Source: a bacterium
Lineage (GTDB): Bacteria; UBA8248
Assembly: GCA_965204535.1 (NCBI GenBank)
Contig: CBDBEV010000001.1
Coordinates: forward strand, 448,001 to 512,000
Length of the DNA: 64,000 nt
Direction: 5' to 3'
Part shown: positions 31,523 to 39,776 of the stretch, piece after piece
How the letters are laid out: every line of letters starts with the position of its first letter
Position numbering within the stretch: the stretch's first letter is position 1
Position numbers and translations under genes: made by a program
Notes under the pieces: model-generated
Told to the model about the DNA's origin: nothing
What the model saw: the letters and a program-made list of their open reading frames with translations, nothing else
Databases searched by the model: none

Positions 31523-32161
31523 ATGGCTCACATGAGGATTGCGGCTGCGATGGTTCTGGTTTCGATGCTGTGCGCCGCGGAGTCTCAAGCGCAGTGGTAT
31601 GTCTCGATGAACGGCGGCGTGTCCTCTCAAACCGGTGTCCAGGCGGTGGGAGATTACACCCATCGTGTCACCGGCCAGTCCTTGACGGACATCAAGGTGG
31701 ATGTAGATACCGGATTCAGGATAGGCGGCGCGGTGGGTCACTCCATGGGGGCTGTCAGGGTGGAGGGGGAGGCATTTTACGACAAAGCCGACTATGAGGC
31801 GTCTTTGGTTGCAGGAACGTCAGGAAGAGTCGAAGCCTCCAATGACCGCAAGCAGTGGGGCATCCTGCTGAACATGTGGTACGATTTTGCATGGCAAGAC
31901 GGGATGACACCCTACGTGGGAGGTGGTTTGGGGTATCATCGGAGCGTGAACGGAACCCCAGCCGGTGATGTCGTGAATGACGGCGCCATGTGGCAAATCG
32001 GCGCGGGGATGAGTTTCGAAATTGGCGAAACAGTGACGATCGATGCGGGCTACAGGTTCATGCGGGGTTTCTCGAAACTGGAGGATGAGTTGCAAGGCTT
32101 CAGGTACGACAAGCCGCACGAATCGCATGGGTTTGTTCTGGGATTGCGGTGGAGTCTTTAA
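31523..32161 (+). CDS. outer membrane beta-barrel protein (8-stranded OmpA/opacity-like)
   Basis: Signal peptide; WYVS..GG, G..IGGAVG, VRVEGE, NMWYDF, TPYVGGGLG, WQIGAG, IDAGYRF, LGLRWSL. Confidence 0.88.
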   Translation: MAHMRIAAAMVLVSMLCAAESQAQWYVSMNGGVSSQTGVQAVGDYTHRVTGQSLTDIKVDVDTGFRIGGAVGHSMGAVRVEGEAFYDKADYEASLVAGTSGRVEASNDRKQWGILLNMWYDFAWQDGMTPYVGGGLGYHRSVNGTPAGDVVNDGAMWQIGAGMSFEIGETVTIDAGYRFMRGFSKLEDELQGFRYDKPHESHGFVLGLRWSL

Positions 32162-32564
32162 GCTGCACTCGGGCCCGAAATCTGTAGTCTGCTCCCCGCC
32201 GAACGTGTGCTCTGGAATATACGCCTTGATGGGCTGATATTCCGCCGCAACAGCCTTGTCCGGATGATGGACGACCTCTTTGGCGTTCGGGGGAACACCG
32301 CAAGGCGACGATTTCAGCTGATCGATGCCTGCCCGCAAACCACAATACTCTGGATTACACTCCCAGACTGTCAGATGGCTTTGTATGAACTGTCTGACAA
32401 AGCTGTTGAGTTCCGCCTCCGTGAAAATCCATGATTTTCAACTTCACCTTTCCTGGAAATTTTGCCACCAAGCTCGCCTGAGGGGAATGCGAGAGGCAGT
32501 GGAGTTGAGTTATGAGTTCTTCACTGGAAACGCGCCAGCCAATGTGTATGGACGTACATGGACG

Positions 32565-32890
32565 CCCACTGGAATGCAAGTGTTTTCTATGGAGGGTTCG
32601 GTGCAATGCGGTCAGGCTCTGTCGTACATTCGGCCTCTCGATTGCGGCGTTTCATTCTTGCCGCGGGCCCGTATGGAGATGCGAGATGGGGTAATCGGGT
32701 TGGCCCTCGAACTGCCGCGTGTAGCGGATGTTCCTCTGTCATATGATCGAGGCGAGGCCGGGATGTCTCCGGTGTCTCTCGCCCGCAGGAGGAGCAGCCA
32801 TGAACTACTTTGCAGGACTCGACGTGTCGTTGGAGTGGACGAGTGTGTGCGTGGTGGACATGGACGGCGGGATCGCCCGGGAGGCGAAGA
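32565..32890 (+). mobile_element. IS110/IS1111-family remnant (left end and first ~30 codons)
   Basis: ATGGACGCCCA..ATGCAAG end motif, RBS GGAGGAG, and ATG at 32800 giving MNYFAGLDVSLEWTSVCVVDMDGGIARE. Confidence 0.75.
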
Positions 32891-33078
32891 GCACCAGCAG
32901 CTCCTCGCCCTCATCCGTGAAGCCCCCTCCCCCCTCCTTGTCTCCCACGAAGAAGTTCCCCATGTGCGCGCCCCGGTGGCGCATTGGCGTGCCCTGTAAG
33001 GTCCGGCAAAGGCCCAGCTCCTCGGAGAGCCCCGGTGAGCGGATGTGAGCGGGAAAATCCTCGAGCCTCAGCGGCGCC
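32881..33078 (-). pseudogene. internal GAF fragment of the same sensor-kinase family
   Basis: PLRLEDFPAHIRSPGLSEELGLCRTLQGTPMRHRGAHMGNFFVGDKEGG; near-copy of ~19630-19830. Confidence 0.8.
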
Positions 33079-33188
33079 TCTGCCTGCGAGATGATCACCC
33101 GCAAATGGCGGGTGGCCAGGCGTTTGCTCGAACGGTTTCCCGAAAAACCGCGTGCCCGCTCGGCGCAGGCGGATATACGCAAAAGATG

Positions 33189-33210
33189 AATTTCAAGCTG
33201 AGACACTGCC
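33189..33210. mobile_element. isolated IS1-like terminal repeat
   Basis: AATTTCAAGCTGAGACACTGCC resembles the ends at 3351 and 4440. Confidence 0.5.
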
Positions 33211-33216
33211 GGATAG

Positions 33217-33540
33217 TCAGCAACTTCCGACCTGCAGCACCAATTTCTGGCAGTGATATATCTTGCTGGCATCACCTTTCGACACACCAAGGATGTACGT
33301 AGTCCCCGCGTCATCGCCGGTAGTGGTCTGGTATGTACATCTGGCCCAGAAATTGCACTTGTTGTCAGTCACCGAACGACCGTTCAATGTGCAGGTCTGG
33401 CTGGCAGGCGAATTGTTCCATCCCGAATTGCAGTCACTTGTCGTGGTTGGGGGGGGCGACGGCTCCCCACCGGCCATTGCCGGGCTGGGAGCCAGGCATA
33501 CTGCTAATAACAATGCGCTTGCAATAAACAGTTTATACAT
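33217..33540 (-). CDS. small secreted 6-Cys protein, family A
   Basis: GGAGG RBS; MYKLFIAS signal; DCNSGWNNSPASQTC..CNFWARC..YHCQKLVLQVGSC. Confidence 0.88.
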   Translation of the reverse strand: MYKLFIASALLLAVCLAPSPAMAGGEPSPPPTTTSDCNSGWNNSPASQTCTLNGRSVTDNKCNFWARCTYQTTTGDDAGTTYILGVSKGDASKIYHCQKLVLQVGSC

Positions 33541-33600
33541 GATGTTCCTCCAGTCAGGTTTTCCGGCAAGATGATTATAGTACGGTCTTAGACTTTTCAT

Positions 33601-33912
33601 GTGATATCTCCTTATACTCACCCGATAACTGCCTGCGTCGCGCGGGTCAGGCCTGCGCGGCAACCCGGCCGAGGGAACCGGCCGGCGCTGCGCGCTGATG
33701 CCGGCCTCTTCTTCGGATGACGGGCTGTAGCCGATGCCGCCGGCGGGCTCCCCTCGGTCAATGTCTCATTTTCGGATATCCCTCCCCAAGAAACATCTGT
33801 TCGTTTATTACTCGAATTTTACCAAAGCGATATATCTTTTTCATATTGCTTGTCCCTATTTTCATATATTTTTCGTGTAAAATGTATTTTTTCTGCCCGG
33901 GAGGCACTGACG
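33601..33912 (-). promoter_or_regulatory. shared island promoter cassette, copy E, with leader
   Basis: Near-identical to 30416-30675; ACACGAAAA / ATATGAAAA / ATATGAAAA at 11- and 21-bp spacing; TGGTAAAAT. Confidence 0.65.
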
Positions 33913-34253
33913 ATGAATGGAAGCGACGAGGCTTCGGAAGATCGCATCTCGCGGCTGTGCGCGTCGCTCGCGCGGACCACTTCGAGCCTGGACTTAGAGA
34001 CCGAGCAGGACGAGGAGATGGCGGTGTTGTTCGCCTCCCAAGCGGCGGTGGCGATCGCGAACGCCCGCGCGAAGAGCGGTGCATCGTCGAGGCGCAGGGC
34101 CTGCCGGTAAGCTGCGATGCGAACATGCTCGGGGAACTTGCTATCGACTACGAGCGGCGCCGGGTCATGGTGGCCAGGTGCGAGGCGGGGCTCACCCCCA
34201 CCGGGTACGAACTGCTGCGCGTCCTCTCTGCAAACGCCGGATGGGTGACGACC
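33913..34253 (+). pseudogene. collapsed GAF...winged-helix regulator remnant
   Basis: MNGSDEASEDRISRLCA..DEEMAVLFASQAAVAIANAR, then OmpR-type wHTH LGELAIDYERRRV..LTPTGYELLRVLSANAG. Confidence 0.75.
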
Positions 34254-34255
34254 CT

Positions 34256-34284
34256 GTGTTCCCCGCCAGTGCGGGGATGAGCCG
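34256..34284 (+). CRISPR. solitary type I-E-like CRISPR repeat (no array, no cas genes)
   Basis: GTGTTCCCCGCCAGTGCGGGGATGAGCCG, 29 bp, with a CCCCGC/GCGGGG stem; no second copy one spacer away. Confidence 0.6.
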
Positions 34285-34666
34285 GGGAAGCCAGACGATT
34301 CACCCGGAAACCACCCCAAAAGAGCAGATAAAGGCCGCTTTCATCGAAACACAACAGCGCATCCGGCATTCCCGCCCCTGGCATCCGGTTTCGAGGGAAG
34401 ACGCTCGACCCTCATCACACGCCGGCGCGTGCCTGTCGTAAAACCGTTGATATTCCGCTTGTTGTCCGGTTGAAACCCTCATGTTTTCGTATTGCATTCG
34501 GCACCGAAAGACCGACGGGAGCCTTGGCGGGAAACCCCCGGCAAGGATTATGCGCTTCGCGTTTCGTACCTGACTGCGGATGCGCGGCGGCGCTCCCGCG
34601 CGACACGCAGGGCCGGGAGAGCGCCTCTTTGAAAAACCGCGCACGAGACGGAAGCCGCACCGGCTG

Positions 34667-34947
34667 GGGTTGTTGAAAAAGCCCTGCAATGACGGCAATA
34701 GGATTCCGCCTTGCCGAAGGTAGTGTAGGTCGGACATATATGTCCGACATACATGCGGCCCGTGTTCCAACGGCAAAAAAGCAGGGACGCATATATGCGT
34801 CCCCTACAACAGACCTTCCGTTTACCGCTTGAGGGCGATTGGGAGGACACATAGTCAGACATATATGTCTGACCCCTACAATTCCATCGCGTTATGTAGG
34901 GGCGGACCTGCGTGTCCGTATATGGACGCCCACGAGAATGCAAGCGT
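34667..34947. repeat. GTAG-type REP cluster ending in an IS1111-like end
   Basis: TGTTGAAAAA end; hairpins GTCGGACATATATGTCCGAC, GGGACGCATATATGCGTCCC and GTCAGACATATATGTCTGAC; then TATGGACGCCCA..ATGCAAG. Confidence 0.75.
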
Positions 34948-35034
34948 TTTCTTCGGACGGGTTCGGCGCTGGCCTGCGCCGTGGGGCTTGCGCGCGGCCC
35001 GGGGGGCGGACCTCACCGGCATCCGTCGCGGACG

Positions 35035-35225
35035 GAGCCTGCGAAGGAGGCCGTCGAGTGGGCGCTCGCCCATCTCGCCGAGCGCGATGCGGTATTCGCG
35101 AGGACGGATCTTCTCGCCGCGGCACTCGCTCACGGCCCGGGCGCCGCGTCCATCGGAGCCGTCGAGCGGGCCGTCTATGGTCTCAAGCGCGAGGGCCGCG
35201 TACACGAAGCGCCGGCGCTCCAGGG
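35035..35225 (+). pseudogene. MobF/TrwC-type relaxase-helicase internal fragment
   Basis: AKEAVEWALAHLAERDAVFARTDLLAAAL..IGAVERAV..L.REG. Confidence 0.6.
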
Positions 35226-35346
35226 CTTCCATCACGAACTCGACCACCAGTCGGTTGGGCGACATTTCGCGCTTTTCGGCCTCATTTTCGATACGTTTCC
35301 ACTGTTCGGGCGTGACCCTGATGTTCTTCTGTATCGTCTGAACCAT
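35205..35346 (-). pseudogene. ribbon-helix-helix protein, N-terminal fragment
   Basis: MVQTIQKNIRVTPEQWKRIENEAEKREMSPNRLVVEFVMEALERR; runs into the relaxase fragment. Confidence 0.55.
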
Positions 35347-35516
35347 CCGTTTCGCATATTACGCATCCATCCGCATTTTCTCATGAAAATAACACGCCTG
35401 AAACCCGAAACCTCACGTTAAATACATATCACAGTTGTACAATTTTATTTATGCAGGTGCAGGCAGATATATCGGGTGATTAATACCTCAAGGCCATCTT
35501 GGAGAAAGGAGCTGAC

Positions 35517-35972
35517 ATGCAAACTTTCGCAGCAGTAGTGCTTGCGCTGGCTCTGATGGTCGCGGTTAGCGTGCAAGCGCACGACAATCCGACCAACCCG
35601 ACACACAAGCACGGCCTGGAAATCAAGCGCATTGACTGCGGTGGAGACGTCGAAACGGCCATTGTGGCGTTCCAGGAAAGTACCAGAGAGTGTCTGAGTG
35701 ACTGGAACTGGCGTACGGGAAAAAAGACGCCACGATGCAGCTATACGTGCTTGTGGCGCACTTGGGCTACATGGAACGGCAGTCGCCACTACGAGCCTAG
35801 TGCCTCGTACAACAAGTGCCATATCGAAAACAGCCATACACCTACTAGGGCTAAAGCAATGTTCCATCCGAGTGAGCCAAGTTGGAACCAAGGCGTCTGG
35901 GGCGTCGTCGTGCGGGACGGTTGGGGGCAAGAGGAGGTTCGCGGTGTGGGCCATGACCAGACACTACGTTGA
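35517..35972 (+). CDS. small secreted Cys-rich protein, family B
   Basis: AAGGAG RBS; signal peptide; CLWRTW, KCHI and WGVVVRDG shared with 36531-36914. Confidence 0.78.
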   Translation: MQTFAAVVLALALMVAVSVQAHDNPTNPTHKHGLEIKRIDCGGDVETAIVAFQESTRECLSDWNWRTGKKTPRCSYTCLWRTWATWNGSRHYEPSASYNKCHIENSHTPTRAKAMFHPSEPSWNQGVWGVVVRDGWGQEEVRGVGHDQTLR

Positions 35973-36081
35973 ACGCTTCAAAGACGATGCCGCCCGAATC
36001 AAAAAAACAGGAAAGAAAGTAAAAGCCGTAACCACGAAAGAAATTCCGTTAGCCCGAACACCTAAAAAAAGGAGATGTCAC

Positions 36082-36447
36082 ATGAAAAGTCTAATTATGA
36101 TAGCGGTTTTGGTAATGACGATTGCAGGGTCTTTCGCCGCGGCGAATGCCGGGGCAGACAAACCCGTTGATACGGACCCTACGTTCTTTTGTAGGAACAC
36201 CTTTCAGAACGGTTCCGCAGCGAGGCATACCTGCAAAAACATATCCTTCGCCAAGATCGGAGCCGACTCGTATAGGGTGAGCGGTCGATGTGAAATGGCG
36301 CGTCGGCCAAACGAGTACAGGGATACGACCATCAATGTTGTTGACTCCCGCCGTTGCGGCGATCTGTCGAACTGCGACGGAAACTTGGTCTTGGGGGCTT
36401 GCCTGGACTGTGTCGATAAAAAAACCATGCGGAAGATAGCGTGCTAG
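36082..36447 (+). CDS. small secreted 8-Cys protein, family A (long subtype)
   Basis: AAGGAG RBS; MKSLIMI signal; FCRNTFQNGSAARHTC..SGRC..RRCGDLSNCDGNLVLGACLDCVDKKTMRKIAC. Confidence 0.88.
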   Translation: MKSLIMIAVLVMTIAGSFAAANAGADKPVDTDPTFFCRNTFQNGSAARHTCKNISFAKIGADSYRVSGRCEMARRPNEYRDTTINVVDSRRCGDLSNCDGNLVLGACLDCVDKKTMRKIAC

Positions 36448-36530
36448 ATAAAAAACTGCGGCGGCAACCTTGGGCTCGGAGCTTGCCGATGGCAAGGCTG
36501 CCGCACTTCCCAAACGGAAGGAAGCCGGAA

Positions 36531-36914
36531 ATGTTCTTGACCCTTGCCACGATGGGACTCGCCGTCGCCCTTGTGACAGGGACCGCGGCGCAGGCGCAGA
36601 AGCCGCTGAAGATCGACACGGCGCTCTGCGAATCCCGCGCGGTCAAGCTGTCGTTCCATCGCGGGGGCGAGTGCCCGTGGTATGGGTGCTCGTCCGACGC
36701 CAACGCCTGCCTGTGGAGGCCGTGGCGGTACACCGCGAACGACGATCGCCTGGAGCTTGGCGGGGCGCTGCACAGCTGCCACATCCGCAGGGAGGGAAGC
36801 GACTACGTGGCCCGGTTCCGGGTGCCCCGCCCGCAGGGCGCAATCTACGGGTGGGGCGTGGTCGTGCGCGACGGATACAGCACGAAGTGGCTGCTCTGCG
36901 AAGGGGAGGAGTAA
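36531..36914 (+). CDS. small secreted Cys-rich protein, family B
   Basis: Signal ending AQA-QKP; CLWRPW, SCHI, WGVVVRDG; 6 Cys. Confidence 0.78.
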   Translation: MFLTLATMGLAVALVTGTAAQAQKPLKIDTALCESRAVKLSFHRGGECPWYGCSSDANACLWRPWRYTANDDRLELGGALHSCHIRREGSDYVARFRVPRPQGAIYGWGVVVRDGYSTKWLLCEGEE

Positions 36915-37075
36915 CAGCGACCCCACCGGCTATCTGTGCTGACCGGAAGCCGAAGGATTACGCGGGCGAACAGCCCGCGTAATCCTTTGTCTGGCATCGT
37001 ATATAAGCCCCCTAAATTGACAAAGCGGGCTCGTTTATTGACATCGGTGATACATCCGCAATGGAGGGAGAATTC

Positions 37076-37384
37076 ATGAACATTCGAGGTATGCTCGCGC
37101 TCTTTTTTCTGGTCGCCCTGAGCGCGACTCCTGCCCTGGCGATGAGTGAGAAACCGAACTCGGAGGAAGCGTGCAGGAATGCGTTCAACAAATCCAGCGC
37201 CAACCGGACCTGCGACCTCGACTCCGCGGGACCGTCCGGCGGCTCCAAGTGCTATATCGATGCCCTGTGCCAGTACCGGGACGGGAACATCGTCAGGAAG
37301 CGACGCACCACCCTCTCGGTACCGCCGACAGACGTCGGCTCCCTCAACAACTGCAACGGATGGTTGCAGATCGGGAGCTGCTGA
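37076..37384 (+). CDS. small secreted 6-Cys protein, family A
   Basis: Signal ending ALA; ACRNAFNKSSANRTC..CYIDALC..NNCNGWLQIGSC. Confidence 0.88.
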   Translation: MNIRGMLALFFLVALSATPALAMSEKPNSEEACRNAFNKSSANRTCDLDSAGPSGGSKCYIDALCQYRDGNIVRKRRTTLSVPPTDVGSLNNCNGWLQIGSC

Positions 37385-37559
37385 GGCGGCAGGCGGGAGG
37401 AGAGCCGTCACAGCCCTGGTGCAGAACGGGGAGGGGCAGTGATGCTTCTGTGACGCCCGTTCGCATGGTGTCCGTGGAACGTAAAAAGCCCGTGTTCGTC
37501 GTGTGTCCGGGACGATAATCGATCGCTCCTGAATGGCGGAGGGTCGCGTGCGGCGCTTC

Positions 37560-37713
37560 CCCTCTCAAGGCAGGATTCGCACATGCTTCGCCCGGGCGCG
37601 GGAGGACTCTTTCCGCACCGGGGGCACAGACCCGGCGCGAGTCGGTCGGCGGTGCGCCGCCTGTGGCGTTCGCGACCGAACTTGCGCCTCATCTCCGGGT
37701 CCTTGTGGGGCAT
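37560..37713 (-). pseudogene. truncated CxxC zinc-ribbon protein
   Basis: MPHKDPEMRR..GLCPRCGKSPPAPGRSMCESC. Confidence 0.5.
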
Positions 37714-37807
37714 CCCGTCTCCCTCCCCGGGGTGGATGGAATCGTGCGGCCGGCACCCGGCCGGCGAGACGTCTTGCGGGCGGAAGTCCTCCCCGAGGGG
37801 GAGTTCC

Positions 37808-38104
37808 TCACCGGCACAGCATCCGGGTCCAGGCGAGGTGTTCGCCCCACAGCTGCAGGCCGCTGCCGGGGACCTTGAGCCCCGTGCAGACGATGAGTTC
37901 GTCGCGCGCGGGCCGCATCTCGCGTACGGCTTTCCGCGAAGCCGTAGCTCTCTTCTTCTTGCGCCTCCCGCTCTCCCTGTCGGGCACGGGCCTGATGTCG
38001 CCGTCGGCGAACCTGTAGCGTTTCACTTCGTAGCGCTCGTCCTCGAGGCCTCTGCCGAACAGGTGGGTGAGGAAAGTACTCGCTTCGGGTTTGGGTTTCC
38101 GCAT
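37808..38104 (-). CDS. hypothetical protein (mobile-element backbone)
   Basis: AAGGAGG RBS before MRKPKPE; no recognised motif. Confidence 0.45.
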   Translation of the reverse strand: MRKPKPEASTFLTHLFGRGLEDERYEVKRYRFADGDIRPVPDRESGRRKKKRATASRKAVREMRPARDELIVCTGLKVPGSGLQLWGEHLAWTRMLCR

Positions 38105-38574
38105 CGCGCGCCTCCTTGCAAAGAGTGGATGATGGCGGCGGAGAACGCCCTCTCCCGGACGCCCCGCCGACGCCCCCTCCCGGCCCGCCTCTGCCTCCCG
38201 GCGGCGCAGAGCCACCGTCGGCGGAGCACGGTGGAGGCTGCCGACTCTGAAAAAAACGCATCCAGACGCGTATTTACATGAAAGAAATATGGATTGAACC
38301 TGAAAGAATACGCTAAATTCACACTGCTTCGTTTATACTTCGAAGCGATGCTGAAAAGAGTTCTGGATTCCGCCGCTTCAGGTTGTTTTTTTCATAGTGC
38401 GGTGAAGGACTGCCCTGGGGAATGTGGCGGGCCGCCTCTCCCGCCAGGCTGTCTCCTTTCGGGCGGGAGGGGAGATTCCCTTCGGAAAACGCGAGCGGGG
38501 GCCGGGTGGTCCGGCGCGACGGGAGCCGTGAGGCGCTCTTCCTCGACCCCGCCGGTACGAATATCGAGGTATGC

Positions 38575-39615
38575 ATGATTACCCATTTCTGCAAAAAATT
38601 ATCCGTACTGTTCCTGCTTATCGCAATTTCACTGACGACGGGCTGTATGGGCGGTGGCGGTTCTCCTCCGCCTCCGGTCCCGACACCCACGCTTACGCCC
38701 GTTCCCCAGCCGTTTCGCACAGGGACGACCTTCGTTGACAACGTCCTCAGCGTCGACGTGCGCTACCACGACGGCCGAACCCGTACCCTCGATACCGTCC
38801 GGCACCGGGACGGGTCGTGGGCGCGTTTCCTCCCCCGACCCTTGCAACCCGGCCATTCCAGCCGCGAATGGCTGCTCACGGAAAACCACTACGACGGCAG
38901 GATTCTGCTCTACGCCGTCGTCTCGTGGAACGACGCCGACCCTGCCGATTACCTGGCGGCCGGATGGTGGCTCGTATACCCGCCAGACGTGCCCTTTTGG
39001 GAATTCGAATCCGCCACGCGCGGCGTCTTTATCGATGGGCCGGAACTCGACCCTTCTAATCCGCCTGACCTCCCCCTGACCGGCACGGCCACCTACGTCG
39101 GCGGCGCCGGCGGCGCGTACACGTATAACTACGGCCGCAACTGGGGCGAGTTGGCCGGTTCCTCCGAGTACACGGAATTCGTGGGGTCTATCTCGTTGAC
39201 CGCCGACTTCGGCAGCAAGCGCCTCACCGGTTGCATGGGGTGCCTCGAGCCGACCGGGATCGATCCCGGCCGCCACCTCTATCCGATCGTGACCTGGTGG
39301 AACCCCGATCCTGAGGCGTCGCCGGCCGACTACGATCTGCACTTTTCCGCATCTTTCGACGCGAAGGGCGCATTCAAGGATACCGAGATCACCGTCACGC
39401 ATCCCGAACGCACAATCACGCAAGCCGCCGGGACGTGGCGCGGCCAGTTCTCGAACGTGCCGGACGCCGACGGCAACCCACGCCGCCTGGTCGGATCGAG
39501 CGATGTTCACTTCGCCGAAGAAGACGGCTCGAGCGGCCGCTTTACGGGCATCTTCGATGCGCTTACGCCCGCAACTCTCAAGCCCGGTGACGACAACACG
39601 CCCGACGCGAACTGA
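38575..39615 (+). CDS. surface lipoprotein with TbpB-like beta-barrel
   Basis: Lipobox LTTGC with Gly/Pro linker; DYLAAGWW, LP.TGTATYVGGAGG.Y, LTADF, GTWRGQF. Confidence 0.85.
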   Translation: MITHFCKKLSVLFLLIAISLTTGCMGGGGSPPPPVPTPTLTPVPQPFRTGTTFVDNVLSVDVRYHDGRTRTLDTVRHRDGSWARFLPRPLQPGHSSREWLLTENHYDGRILLYAVVSWNDADPADYLAAGWWLVYPPDVPFWEFESATRGVFIDGPELDPSNPPDLPLTGTATYVGGAGGAYTYNYGRNWGELAGSSEYTEFVGSISLTADFGSKRLTGCMGCLEPTGIDPGRHLYPIVTWWNPDPEASPADYDLHFSASFDAKGAFKDTEITVTHPERTITQAAGTWRGQFSNVPDADGNPRRLVGSSDVHFAEEDGSSGRFTGIFDALTPATLKPGDDNTPDAN

Positions 39616-39776
39616 TATACGCCCTGAAAGATACCTTCAGGGCTTCGGGGGACAACCGGGGGCGCCGGAGAAAGTTCCGACATCGTGATTCGGTTCGACG
39701 GATGTGAAAGTGTGTAGGGGTCACATATTTGCGACCCACACGAAGACCGCATCCCATCGAAGAGAATTCCAAATCA

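Noticed and set aside
32165-32520. Possible gene fragment downstream of the OM beta-barrel
   Set aside because: No recognisable motif, start or RBS in any frame.
35698-36081. 249-aa ORF fusing upstream sequence to the family A gene
   Set aside because: A strong RBS and signal peptide at 36082 define the real gene; the extension overlaps the family B gene.
20394-37384. Family A as RiPP precursors
   Set aside because: They have hydrophobic Sec-type signals rather than double-Gly leaders, and no modifying enzymes or C39 peptidase are present in the window.
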